Shown: positions 12,145-25,410 of the stretch, piece by piece
Numbering within the stretch: the stretch's first letter is position 1
How the letters are laid out: each line of letters begins with the position of its first letter
Source: Phoronis australis
Lineage: Eukaryota > Animalia > Phoronida
Direction: 5' to 3'
Assembly: GCA_002633005.1 (NCBI GenBank)
Contig: NMRA01000298.1
Coordinates: 6,603-70,602 of the forward strand
Length of the DNA: 64,000 nucleotides
Translations under genes and position numbers: made by a program
Notes under the pieces: generated by a model
What the model was told of the DNA's origin: nothing
The model's input: only the letters and a program-made list of their open reading frames with translations
Database searches by the model: none

Positions 12145-13186
12145 CTGTTGTAAGCGGAATATATGAAAATTTAACATTGATTTAGGCAAAATCTTGGATA
12201 AGTCGGAGAAAATACAAAATATCAGGCAGCTCGTTATCCAATGGCAAAACCAAGGGAAATATGCATATCCATTATCGACGGCAAATTTACAAGAGGTGAG
12301 ATCAATAAGTTAAAATCATAACCCAACTGTTCATGACTTGGTACATGTACATGCAGGTATTCTCTTGTGCACGACAGTATCATAACAATATGTGGCTGAA
12401 TCACAGATGAATGTTTGAAACAACAAAACATAGAACATTGGCAAGAATCGTGAATAAAAGTACTAGATTAGCAGCTTTGTACACCTCTAGTGAGGGGCAC
12501 AATACATGTAAGAGGTGTTAATAAGGGTGACGATTTGTCGCGCTAGTGCCCTCCACGCCCATATCTTCAGGTTTAACTGTTTATTTACAACCGCATTTTT
12601 AAATACAGTAGATTATAATGGTGAAATTAATAAACAGCAATTGATCATCAAATTCCTTTTGTTAAAGAACGTTCTATGTGGATGAAAGTTAGCCATCCGT
12701 CAGACTAGCCATTGCGACCCGGCTCGCGTTCTCATGGTGATGACCACGGAATCTTCTCTTAAACACAAGACATTCACTAAGAATTAAAATCACGCACGTC
12801 TTCGCAGTATATTTCCATTTACACCACACTTTTAGCTTGGCATGAGCAATACAAGAGTTAAATAACACATTAACTTATTCGCGCTAAATAACATGTTGGC
12901 GGGTTTGATCCCGCTTCGCCAGAGTTTCGAGTCGTGGACTTAAGCACGGATGTCATCGAACATGAAAATAGATGAATTTTTAATACATCGTTACATTTAA
13001 AAGTGTTTCTTACACTAAAAAATTGCAACCTAACATGCAAGTACATACATAGGATGTGATCCGTCACGTGAACAGTCTACTGAATGAATGAAATATACTT
13101 AGGAATTAAACGCTTATGTGATAGATACAAAACGTAGATGAAGTAATATCCTACTCGACATTATTCCGCATATCGACCTCTACTAT

Positions 13187-16100
13187 TAGTCGGTGGGCCA
13201 GATCTCATAGCGTTCATCCTTGTGAGTACTTTGGGGGGCAACCTAGTTTTTTTCTATGTGTCTAGATAATATACCTATAAATCAAATTCCAAAAAGTTCC
13301 CACGTCTATACTTGCACATTTTTTTAAAAAAAGGTGTTTTGTTGCACAAAATATAATGCACATTCCTGCCACTTGATGGCGCTTGTCTATTGAATTGACC
13401 AACCAGAGAGCCAGACTGTATTGTTGTGCTTAGTTAATTCAATGTGGCTGCTCCCATGGAGTGTGATGCCTGTATAATTCAAGGTTTATCAAACAGCACA
13501 AAATAGTGATGTCACAGCCTAAAGAAGGTTAGGAAAGCTTCCTGGCGAAAGCTGATTGACTTTGGAACTCTGTAGATCAGTAGATCAAAAATAAGAAGAG
13601 GTGTCACAAACGTTTGTGCAGAAAACAGCTGCATGTCCTGGTAGCCTACACAGTCACAGTACACTGCTGAGTGCTGTAGACTAGAAGACCAAGGGTCAGG
13701 CCAAAAAATTGAAAGGACATAGAACGGCCTAGCAACGTTTCAAGGCACCAACAGTAGTACTAAAGCTGAAGTTGGTGAAAGTGATACAGATGTTATCCAA
13801 GATTTCACAAGAAAATCGATTACACTTCCAAAATCTGAAACACCCAATTAACCCGAACAAGATAGGAACATTCTGAAACACGAGTGCATCATTTCTTAGC
13901 AGGAAAAGTACATTATGGGCCACATTTCAAGAAAGAGAAAGAAGTATAGCTTTCAAAAACAGGTACGTGTTTTTGAAAAATACATCTTGGTTTTTCCATG
14001 TGTGTTTCAGTACTATCACCAGTTGTTTTTTAACTTGTTCAGCCCCTTGGCTGCCTAGCCCTTAGACAATACTGCTGACCCAGTAGAGACGATGATCATA
14101 TCATAGGTACTCCATATGCCAGATACTTTTCGGCAAGTTATGTTCCTATTAAGTTTAGAAGTAACGCGGAGAGAGATGCCTCTGAGGAGGTTGTTGATGT
14201 TTTCATTTGTTCCCAGTTTAAACAAATACTCCTGCAATCCTGTTTTTCGAACACTCCATTCAGTTGCCACATCGACACTGCTTGCGCTAAGGGATAATCC
14301 TATGGCGTTATACTGTGGGTGTGATTTTAAAGCACTTTAAGTCAAAAAATTTTGAGAAGGTTAAATGGAGTAGATGGTTGCAAACAACATGCCCAAGTGG
14401 TTGTCATCCCCTGTCGTAGTCTCAATTTTTTGTAAACATTAATTACTTAGGTAGCTGCAATCATAATTAAATTAAAGTGCTAAGTTGCCATCGTCTCCGT
14501 CGAAATTTGAGGACGATGGAAGCCACTGTCCATTTTGTCAAATGTTGATTACCTATGGTTTGAGCATCTGATTTAAAAAAATTAAATTTCAATCACTGCA
14601 CTGGTATATCAGCTGATTTATTTTTAGTTGCATCAACTGATCTAATTATTAGACGGCCAACATTATTAGGCTTTATATCAGACGGCATGTAAAATTGTTA
14701 GGCTGGTGGTGGATCAGTTCCTGATAAGTCCGTCTGAAAAGGTTGCATGCCAACTCACTCATAGTTGAATGTTAAATTAGTGTTAACAGTTCGGGTTTTT
14801 TTCAGTTGGACTTGTATCGCAAGCAACAGCTCAATCCAGAGCCCTGAATATGCAAATGAAATTCAAAGATAAAACCTTGTGTCCTAGAAGCCAAGTGCCA
14901 CAGATCATCATGATATAAAAAATAGAAAAAAAAAACGATTGTGAAGAGTGACGAATTCACAGTTTTCAGACTGAGATGTTTTTCTACAGTTTTGTTTGGA
15001 GTTCATTGAATCGAAGCTTCTAACACAAGGAGATGTCATTTGTCTTTTTCAAAACTAAAGCAAGACTTTGAAGCTGTTCTTCAGAAAGCTGGTGTGCATG
15101 AAGTTATTTGGACAGGAAATCTTAAGAAATATTGTTGAAGCTACTCACTGTTGTAGTTTTTGCCCCACTAAGAGATACGAAAGTGAATTGAGGCTAGTGT
15201 TCAATAATTCACGTGCTGACTCTAATTAACACAGCCCATTATAACATATATTTTGAATCCAACGTTTGCCCAAATAATGCCTGCCTCCAAACAAGGACTT
15301 AGTGTTTGACCCTTCATTGCCTGCGGGCTAATCACCAGTTTGCAGTGCTGTACCCTCTCTAATCGACCATAGTTGGCTCCTTAGCGGTGGAGCTTTGCAG
15401 TTAATATGTATGGCAATGACCGCATCTCCATTGACAGTACAAAACAATGAACGCTGCAAGTGCAAAAAGAACATGTGTGCTGGGAAACTGAGTTTGTGCT
15501 GCAATGCTGGGTCAAACTGTACAGAAATGTGCAGCTGTGACAACTGTAGTAACATCAGCAACACTGACTGCATAACATTGGATAGTTCTTTGACAAGTCA
15601 ACCCTAAAGAAACCTCCAACCCCGTTATTTCCTTTTTTGTATTAAAAAATTAATTTTATTTGTTGATTAAGTCATAGAAAGTACATACTTTGATCATTGC
15701 CATGTATTTGTCTCATACTGCTTGATAAACGCTGTCAGAATAATCTCTATTATTTTCATACAGTCTTTGGCACATTCACAGAGATCATTCAGCTATATTG
15801 TTTTTATACTATAACGTATTTCTGATGTATTATCCAAACAAGCTGTATTTTGCACCATTAGTCAATGTTTTAGCCATTGAGGCACAAATTTTGCCCAGTC
15901 TCAAGTGTTTTGTGTTATTTTTGTTGCCTGACAATGCCAGAATAACTTCCTAGTAACCTTCAGACTTAGTTTGCATTTTTGCCACTAGGTGTCTCTTTAC
16001 ATTTTTTAAATTTCACTGTTTACAATTTATTTACAATAGTAAAACATGTAATGTGAGTGTTATATTGTTCAATACAATGTCACTGATGGGACTATATTAT

Positions 16101-16334
16101 TTGTTTCACCAAAACTGTTGTTTTTACAAATATAAGTTTACTAAGCTCTTTGGTGATTATTAGGTAACTTCAAACTCAAATTTCTCAAAAATGTGCAACT
16201 TTATATGTGGGAACTTTTTAAATTTTGGAAACACTCTAATAAATGAATTAAAAAACACCAAAATAAAATTGCCCCCCTAAAGTACTCACAAAAACCATTT
16301 TCTAGAGGCCCTACAAAATCTGGCCCACCGACTA
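13187..16334 (+). mobile_element. Academ (AcademX-type) DNA transposon, internally deleted and decayed
   Basis: TIRs TAGTCGGTGGGCCAGAT...ATCTGGCCCACCGACTA with further imperfect inverted similarity over ~130 bp, and a 3-bp TSD TAT. Internal remnants LPP, LHCLRANHQ, PS..DHSW and a terminal Cys-rich finger CKCKKNMC...CCNAGSNCTEMCSCDNCSN (15395-15607). Confidence 0.8.
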
Positions 16335-17594
16335 TATCGATCTCGATCGATACGCGGAGAGTCTCGTGGGATATTACTTCATCTACGCCACTCTCTGTAC
16401 GTTTTGTGTATATCTACGCCACTCTCAGTACGTTTTGTTTTTATATGTATTACAAGAAAAGCATGTAATTCAGCCAGTTTCTTTCGCGAATGTCTTACAC
16501 CTACTCATAGAGCTCCAATATGCCAACTCCTGCACGCGACCTGTGCATTCTATTATTAGAGCTTGCAACCCCGCATCAATGTTCTCAATGAGATTTCGGC
16601 TGCCTGCTAAACTGAGTTTTGATGGAGAATTGTAGTTATCAAATCAAGCCTAATTTCATTGCTTCCGGTTCCTTGTGTTTCTATTGTTTTTCAAGGAAAA
16701 CCTCTTAGGGTGCGGTCCTATTCATGAAGCGATTTTTCTACAAATTCAGTAAAAACTCGCCGATTACACTGGTCATTCTTAAATGACAACGCCAACGCCA
16801 AACCAACCTATTTTGTATCAAATTATAACGAGTAGTTGCACTCCACAACCGCAACTTCAGATTTTTTACCTGACAGCTGATTGCAGACAGAGTGTTGAAA
16901 TTAACCAAAGACGTCACCGATCCGAACACAGTCTGTTCAGCAGTTCACAACACGCTTACTGTTGTCAGCTTATCGCTAAAATTCAGCCCTTTACACCAAT
17001 AAATCACCAAAATTTGGATGCAAAACCCTTAAAAACACATCGAGTTCTTAAACGAACGTACCGGTATTGTTAAATTTCGCTGTTACGGATTTATAGGTAA
17101 ATTGTTATTGAACGTACTGTCGCGTCCTGACTGAAGAGATCACGAACATAAACCAGCCAAAGTTGGAAACTAAATTTCCAGTCACGAAAAGACAATACTA
17201 GTGAGCCAATAAATAATGTGCACGGGAATATTTTGGTGAATTAGCCCCGAAACTTCAAATCTACTTACTCGTCGGGGGCCGCTTAGTCAGGTTCCCCTTC
17301 CACAGAACCGTCAGGGGAAAGTTGTACAGAAACAATGATTCGAATAATGTAAATGTATAGCTAAATAAAGATTCCCCTAATATCTGACCATAGCACATAA
17401 TATCGGGCTCTTGTTTCACAACAGGTTTCTGTCAGCAATCACTGAATTAGCATGCACTCACCGCGTACGACTTCGGTGCCCGGTCAATAAGCTGTATTGC
17501 ATCTAAAGCCGGTAACGCTGGCTTTTCAAAACATTTGAACTCACCAACAATCCAAAGGCATTACAAATTGCGTCTAATGCGACAGCCTTTGACA

Positions 17595-18348
17595 NNNNNN
17601 NNNNNNNNNNNNNNNNNNNNNNNNNNNNNNNNNNNNNNNNNNNNNNNNNNNNNNNNNNNNNNNNNNNNNNNNNNNNNNNNNNNNNNNNNNNNNNNNNNNN
17701 NNNNNNNNNNNNNNNNNNNNNNNNNNNNNNNNNNNNNNNNNNNNNNNNNNNNNNNNNNNNNNNNNNNNNNNNNNNNNNNNNNNNNNNNNNNNNNNNNNNN
17801 NNNNNNNNNNNNNNNNNNNNNNNNNNNNNNNNNNNNNNNNNNNNNNNNNNNNNNNNNNNNNNNNNNNNNNNNNNNNNNNNNNNNNNNNNNNNNNNNNNNN
17901 NNNNNNNNNNNNNNNNNNNNNNNNNNNNNNNNNNNNNNNNNNNNNNNNNNNNNNNNNNNNNNNNNNNNNNNNNNNNNNNNNNNNNNNNNNNNNNNNNNNN
18001 NNNNNNNNNNNNNNNNNNNNNNNNNNNNNNNNNNNNNNNNNNNNNNNNNNNNNNNNNNNNNNNNNNNNNNNNNNNNNNNNNNNNNNNNNNNNNNNNNNNN
18101 NNNNNNNNNNNNNNNNNNNNNNNNNNNNNNNNNNNNNNNNNNNNNNNNNNNNNNNNNNNNNNNNNNNNNNNNNNNNNNNNNNNNNNNNNNNNNNNNNNNN
18201 NNNNNNNNNNNNNNNNNNNNNNNNNNNNNNNNNNNNNNNNNNNNNNNNNNNNNNNNNNNNNNNNNNNNNNNNNNNNNNNNNNNNNNNNNNNNNNNNNNNN
18301 NNNNNNNNNNNNNNNNNNNNNNNNNNNNNNNNNNNNNNNNNNNNNNNN
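17595..18348. other. Assembly gap (N run)
   Basis: Continuous Ns. The ORFs 17535-18374 and 17561-18568 are artefacts of this gap. Confidence 1.
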
Positions 18349-21300
18349 TGAAAAGGAATTCTTTAAAATTGTAGGAGAAATTACATATTAATTTTTTGAT
18401 GACCTTTCCACTAATTGACCTCTTATGGTGCATTATGAGCCCCGATGAGGGAGTAATTGCTAACTCGATTAAAAGTGTGGTTAATGCTAATAATCGCAAC
18501 TGTTTTACTTTAAGCACTTCAGAATACAAGATGAATGAAGTGGTCAAACTTTCAGAAGAAAAATGCACCTAATGACCCCATGGGTGCGGCCAATGACCTG
18601 AAAATTTAGAATTCAAACTCAATCGCACTTAGTAAACAGATACGTAATTCTGAAGTCTCTAGCTCAAAATTTTAGTTTGCACTCAATGGCCTTTGACCTA
18701 TTTTTTCTGATTGGTTAGGCCTATTGCGAAGTAAAGTAGGGTATTCAATTGGCATGTTGACTTAAACCAGTGTGCTGAAATTGAAAAGAATTCCTTGAAA
18801 AACGTAAGAGATATAACATTTTGAACGTTAAATGACCTTTGCATTAATTGACCCTATCCGGTGCATTATAAGCGTCTTTAGGAGAATTATTGCAAAGCCC
18901 ATAAAATGTGTTTAATGCTGAGAATCACAGTTGTCTAACGGTTGACACATCAGAATACTTGCTGATTGAAAAGGTCAAAATTTCAGAAGAAAAATGCACC
19001 TAATGACCCCATGTTTGCACTAAATGACCTGAAACTTTGGATTCCAAATTGAATTACCTGTGCCAATCAGACCTGTCAATTTGAAGTGTCTAGCTCAAAA
19101 TTTAGTTTGCACCTAATAACCTTTAACCTATTTCACCTGATTGGATGACCCGATTACTTAGAAAAGTAATGTTTTAAATTGTCATGTTGACTTATACCTG
19201 TGCACCGAATTTGAAAAGAATAGGTTTGAAAATGAAGAAGGAGTAGCATTTTGAAAATTACATGACCTTTGCACCAAATGACCTCTTACGGTGCAATGTG
19301 GATTATGATTATATAACGAATCGAAATTTATGTACTGCCAAAAATCACATGCAGAACTGGGGTAAGTCAACATGCCAATTGAACACCCTAATTTACTACG
19401 CAATAGGCCTAACCAATCAGAAAAAATAGGTCGAAGGTCATTGAGTGCAAACTAAAGTTTTGTGCTAGACACTTCTAATCCACAAGTCTGATTGGTACAT
19501 TCAATTCAATTCAATTTAAAATACGATGTTGCAGGTCATTTTGTGCAACCATGGGGCCATTAGGTGCACTTTTCGTCTGAAAATTTGTCCTTTTCATTGA
19601 TAAAGTAGTGTGATGTGTCAGCCGTCAGACAACTGTGATTCTCAGCATTAAACACAATTATCACGGGCTTTGCAATGATTCTCCTAAAGACGCTGATAAT
19701 GCACCGGATAGGGTCAATTAGTGCAAAGGTCATCTGACCTTCAAAATGTTATATCCTCTACATTTTTGAAGGAATTTTTTTCAAGTTTAGCACACTGGTG
19801 TAAGTTACCATGCCAATCGAACGTCCTACTTTACTATGCAATAGGCCTAACCAATCAGAAAAAATAGGTCTAAGGTCATTGAGTGAAAACTAAAATTCTG
19901 AGCTAGAGCTTTCAAAATTACATATCTGTTTAAAATGTGATTGAATTTGATTTCTAAATGTTCAGGTCATTTGGTGTACCCATGGGGTCATTAGGGTCAT
20001 TTTTGATCGGAAAGTTTTACCAATTGATGTTGTATTCTAAAATGCTTAAGTAAAACATCTGTGATTCTTAGCATTAACCACACTTCTAATCGAGTTTACA
20101 ATTATTCGCTCATCCGGGCTCATAATGCAACGAAAGAGGTCAATTAATGGAAAGGTCATCAAAATATTAGCACGGTGTTCTTCCTACAATTTTAAAGAAT
20201 TCCTTTTCAAATTGGTTAACGGGTTGCTGTCAGTAACTTCCCATCACAATTCGTTTAATACACTCGTGCAGACTCCATTATTGTCACGCCGTGACAATAA
20301 TCTTTCTAGTTCTTATTCTTATTCTTATTCTTCTTCCAACCAACTTTGAGACTTAATAACTCCAAATTGGGTGCAGGTACCTTCTTTAAAATCAGCATAT
20401 CTGTTTATTAAATGCGATTGAGTTTAAATTCTCAATTTTTAGGCCATTTGGTGGACCCATGGGTTATTAGGTGCATTCTTCTTCTGAAGGTTTGACCAAT
20501 TCATTCATTCTGAAGTGCTTAAAGTAAAACATCTGTAATTCTTAGCATCAAGCACACTTTTAATTGACTTTAGAATTATTTCCTCATCAGGGCTCATAAT
20601 GCACCGGAAGAGGTCAATTAGTGGAAAGGTCATCAAAATATTAACATGTAATTTCTTCTACAATTTTAAAAAATTCCTAATCATATTGGTAAACGGGTTG
20701 CTGTCAATAACTTCCCATAACAATCCCAGTAATACGCTCCTGCAGAGTCCATTACTGTCAAGCAGTGACAATAATCTCTCTAGTTACTCTGCGCGTTCAA
20801 GCGCAGAGTTTGGCCGTTCTAACTATTTTATTACTCTGCGCGTGCAAGCGCAGAGTTTTAATGGTGTACGTATTTTATCTTCTTATTCTTGCAATTTTTT
20901 TCTTATTCCTCTTCTTCCTTGCTTTTATTACTCTTACGTTCATTCGTTTAGAACAATAATATTCATTGTTCTTGATATGATAGTTAAGTGATTTATATTG
21001 ATAATATTTTTTCGACCCTAAATGCACTAGGAAGACCTGAAACGGGTCAAGGAGTCCATTTTGTCAAAATGCATCTTCTTAAACAGTTTTTTTAGGTGGA
21101 CTCTTCGCATTTTGTTAACAAGTAGAAAGCAAGGAGGTGCATCAGACATTTACACGGATTTACAATCGGACCAAGGGAAACGAGTGCAAAAGTGATTTTT
21201 GAGCTAGACCTTTCAAAATCATGCATATGATTACCATACATAAAGAAACAAACTTTGGGGTGATTGGGTGTAACTTTGGGGTCATTAACTGCACATTTCT

Positions 21301-21420
21301 GATGAATTTAAGACTTTTTCAATCAGGTTGTACTTAATTGATGCATAAGTGAGAGCGTCCAAATTCGTGGTGGTTCAACCAATTGCCGATCAAATTCTAT
21401 TGACCCCATGGATTTGACTC
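18349..21420. mobile_element. Cluster of Helentron-type non-autonomous elements (HINE/DINE-like) with a ~430-bp internal satellite
   Basis: The unit recurs at ~18349, 18782 and 19212, then in inverted orientation from ~19360. 3' hairpins ATTATTGTCAC-GCC-GTGACAATAAT followed by TCTAGTT end at 20311 and 20785. 5' palindromes ACTCTGCGC..GCGCAGAGT at 20786 and 20833, with TTC/TTA microsatellites. Confidence 0.7.
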
Positions 21421-21434
21421 AAAATGTACCGGAT

Positions 21435-21670
21435 TGCCAATAGGAAATCCTTTAGGATTTCGTATAGGCTTCCTATAGGATCCTATAGAAATCCTAGAGA
21501 ATCCATTTGGATCTTGGCCCACCAGCCTATAGGACTCCTATAGGAATCCTATAGGATCCTATTGGAATACTACAGGCTGGTGGACCAAAATCCAATTGAA
21601 TTCTATCGGATCCTGTATGATTTCCTGTAGTGATCCAATATTAAATCCTATTGGATTTTTTCTTAAGGGT
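21435..21670. repeat. Palindrome-rich repeat built from TCCTATAGGA-like units (probable MITE fragment)
   Basis: Many imperfect copies of TCCTATAGGA/ATCCTATTGGA, ending ...GGATTTTTTCTTAAGGG. Confidence 0.65.
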
Positions 21671-22467
21671 TTTTGTGGCGTACATGTACATGAAGGTTAT
21701 GAGGATAAGCTTCGAATAGATCACTACTTTTACATGGTTATGCTCCATTTGTAGAACAATTGTTATCTCAGTTGTGATCAGAACTTTGTCATGTTTTGAC
21801 GTACGTGCATGTAGTATTGCCTAATCGACCACCGATGTGAAATAAACGTACATGTACGACTAGTTGTTGCACTTTCGCAAACAAAAATTATAATCAAAAT
21901 ACTGGACTGCCAAGGTTCAGCTAAATACCAAAGAAAACGGAACACTTACTGCTGTTAAATGTTTCAAAGTGTTTCCGCTGTCTTGGAGGACGAGTGGCTA
22001 TTGAATATAATGTATTTTAATGCTGTTTTGTGTAGCCCTTGTTAGAAATTGTTCTTTCACATCTGTCGTACATTTATGCATCAACGCATTCTTGCAAACG
22101 TCTAGTTTGAAGCAGATAGCATAAATATTATTCTTGGATTGATCTTCCATCTACCACCCTGTTCCCAGTCAATGTATACATTCATCTGCCACAAACATTG
22201 AGGTCTGTACCTCTGTTCCCAATCACTGTAATCCTGAACCCTGTGTTCCTAAATTGTGTCCTCTGGTCCCTATATTCCCTGGACTTGTTTTCTGATGAAA
22301 CTATGTTCCCGTTCCTATGTTCCTCCTAATGACTCTATGCTGTATCCTACAGATGTTTCCCCGGCCCTACGTTTCACCGCCCCAGTGCTCTCCTGACATA
22401 CCTAATGACTATTGTCCATCCATGTCGGGAATCAATTTCTTTGTTTTAATTATCTGAATACCAGTTA

Positions 22468-22492
22468 CTAACCCTAACCCTAACCCTAATCC
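22468..22492 (+). repeat. Short interstitial (CCCTAA)n tract
   Basis: ctaaccctaaccctaaccctaatcc, about 4 units. Confidence 0.8.
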
Positions 22493-22799
22493 TGAGATCC
22501 TAGGGCTGAAAAGCAGGCTAACTCGAGCAGTAACGCCACAAGAAAAAAAAAAACACTGCATGCTGAAGGTGACATTTCGTATTGCTTTACACGGCGCACT
22601 TACGATCTGTGATCACTTTTTAGTATTGTTGTATTTCAATTTTGAAATCGCTGTCATCAGGTAAGACATTATCTATAGAAGACGAAAAAAACTAGAAATG
22701 CCTGTCATCTGTTATAAATGTTTTTACTTAATTTTTCATAAGCATCCTAATCTCCATTGCCTCACATGTACATGTAAGAGGTAAGCACAAACATGTGGC

Positions 22800-23560
22800 A
22801 AATATAGCGTATTTTTTCTATGACAGTTGTTGTTACCGTTTTAAAACATGGCTAGGCACATTAGGCACACCAAAATGTGACATTTTAAACGCAGATATTA
22901 TAAATGAGTTGAGAAACAGCTGTAGGAGGCAAGAACAAACATGTAACCTATATATTGAATTATTTCTACAAAAGTTTTTGTCACAAAACCTTTTGATCAA
23001 CATGCCTAAGTTCATGAACATCAGGCATGCAAAAGTATCACCTTTTAAATGCAGACATTATTAATGAGTGAAGAAACAGCTGCAGGAGGCAAGGACAATC
23101 ATGTAACCTATATCTTGCATTATTTCTATGAAAGTTTTTGTCACAAAACCTTTTGATCAACATGCCTAAGTTCATGGACATTAGGCACGCCAAAGTATCA
23201 CCTTTTAAAGACAGACATTATTAATGAGTGAAGAAACAGCTGCAGGAGGCAAGAACAATCATGTAACCTATATCTTGCATTATTTCTATGAAAGTTTTTG
23301 TCACAAAACCTTTTGATCAACATGCCTAAGTTCATGGACATTAGGCACGCCAAAGTATCACCTTTTAAAGGCAGACATTATTAATGAGTGAAGAAACAGC
23401 TGCAAGAGGCGAGCAAAAACATACAATATATATAATGCATTATTTCTATGAAAGTTTTTTGTTACGGTTTTGAAGAACATGCTTAGGCTAATGCACATTA
23501 TTTGCACCAAAGTGTAAACCTTTCAACGCAGAAATTATTAATTTGTGGTGGAACGGCGCA
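22800..23560 (+). repeat. 160-bp tandem repeat, about 4.5 copies
   Basis: The unit start TTAGGCAC and variants falls at 22861, 23021, 23181, 23341 and 23501. The central copies are nearly identical and the edge copies have diverged. Confidence 0.93.
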
Positions 23561-24343
23561 GTATTGGCTTATTACATTAGAAAAACCGATATGGATGCTA
23601 CCAACAGTGTTTGAAGGGAAATATTAGGACTCCTCTTCCCCATTATTTATAAAAGGATGCCTACTGTAGGTGTTTGACCGACTATATGCGTGCACTGATT
23701 AATAGCTAATCTGCGCTGCTTACACGGAATTACTGGCTACTCTGATGAGCTAACTTGCGATTCTAGAGATTCTGCACTCTAGCATCGATTGAAGTCTTTG
23801 CATCGTACATGAACAGCTGATCAGCAGTTCTACACCCGTAGAACACCTGGAGCGCTACTGGCCTGAATGACAGGCTCTACTAAGCCGGCAGTCCAGAGCA
23901 ATTAGTGTAACACTGATGAACTTAGTTCCAACAACTGACCATAGGAGCTCTTAGAGCTTATACCTCAGTATAAACAAAAATCGACGACTGTCGTTAACAG
24001 CACTCTGGAAGTGACCCCTTTGGACCATACTAGGATGCCAAATTGAGCTAGATTAGATAGTCAGGGCAACGGGCAAAGCTGATTTAATACGGACAATTGT
24101 GCTCCACTGAAAAACCGAATGACCCATGGCAGACAAATTGCACTCTGGAATGGGCCCGGCAGAAACCAAAAAGGAACCCCCAAAATGAGGTAAATCATAC
24201 CTTTGAGGTACCACAAGAAACAATTCCTTATGTCTCAAAACTGACCACTAAATGCCCAGTAATAGACAAATACGTTCCAAGTTGAGCCAGCCAATAACCT
24301 CAAAAATGTCAATCACGGCAAACTATTTGGCAGGAAGACCTAC

Positions 24344-24560
24344 ATGTGCGGAAAACAACTGCTGTCTCACATTTCTTACAGTGATACCATGACAGCTGAT
24401 GATGCACCGTATCTTAAAATTTGCCATGAAGAGGCCGAAACATATCTTGCCTTCCTCTTAGACTACTCAAATGGCAATGTATTGATCAGGGCAGCTGACA
24501 CGTATGTTATTGTAATTGTAATCAGAATGATAGCAATACAATTGAAGAGCAGCAGAGGAA
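24344..24560 (+). mobile_element. Fragment of XPG/FEN-like nuclease domain of an AcademX-type transposon
   Basis: LKICHEEAETYL...NVLIRAADTYVIVI matches the HEEADT...V.V.S.DTDV motif. Confidence 0.65.
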
Positions 24561-24879
24561 TGCCTTTCGAGCGTGTTATAAGGAACTGTGAATGTGTTTA
24601 GTGTGGTACTTCGAAAAAATTAGCTAAATCTTTTTGGGCGTAGTTTATATCACTTTTTTCTGTTTCTGAAGAACAGAGGATTAAAGTTTAAATGGCCTGT
24701 ATACACGCATTGTCTACATGCATGCGTTCGTGAGGTGCCTGAATAGGCACTTATCTGCTATGGTCCCCGGAAGGTTGTAGATTGACACGACTGCAGTAGT
24801 TTATTTTCAGTTCATGCAGCATTCAACAGCCATTACTTCCGCTTTTAGCATATTTGTATCTATGGGAGTGAAATGAAAT

Positions 24880-25410
24880 TGTTGCCTGCATCGAATACCC
24901 ACTCCACCGCCCGCGCGACCACTCCGGACAGACCTGTGTCAAGGTATAGTGAATTTGATGTGTTGGACTGTCAGGTTTCGTTCATGAATACTACGTGGGC
25001 GTCTGGTTCTTCATGGGCAAGATACTCTATTAGAGTTTTCCGTTTACCTCTCACCCCATTGATGTTAATATGCAGTAGTCTAGCCCTGTCGAAGACGCGT
25101 CGTGTCGCTTTGGATACTGTCAGACTTTTATTTTCTAGTCATCAGCTGGAGATTCTGTTAGCCATTCAGATCTGTCTCATAGCTGGTGTTGACGGCTTCA
25201 ACGATCATCTGTCTGACTTCTTTTTTTCCGAAGTCTTGCTCTAGTTTGGTAACCGTTATCCCCACCGCCAGCTTCGTGAGTGTCATAGCCAGTTTTAGGA
25301 CCTCTAGGTCGTTTGATTGGCCATTTGACGCCTGAGCGTACGACAGTTGTTTTGTTTTGACTCCTATTTTATAAGCCGTGCAGTGGCTACAAGACATGTG
25401 TTTTGAGTAA
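24880..25410 (-). mobile_element. LINE fragment spanning the ORF1/ORF2 junction (I/Nimb/Jockey-like)
   Basis: ORF1 tail H.SCSHCTAYK...SYAQA, then an APE endonuclease start LLHININGVRGKRKTLIEYL...VVFMNET*, and HRSVRSGRAGGGV. Confidence 0.72.

Noticed and set aside
17535-18568. The long 279-aa and 335-aa ORFs
   Set aside because: They consist almost entirely of the N gap.
22468-22492. Telomere or chromosome fusion site
   Set aside because: Only about 4 units in one orientation, embedded in repeat-like sequence.
22800-23560. CRISPR-like array
   Set aside because: The units are contiguous 160-mers with no unique spacers, in eukaryotic DNA.
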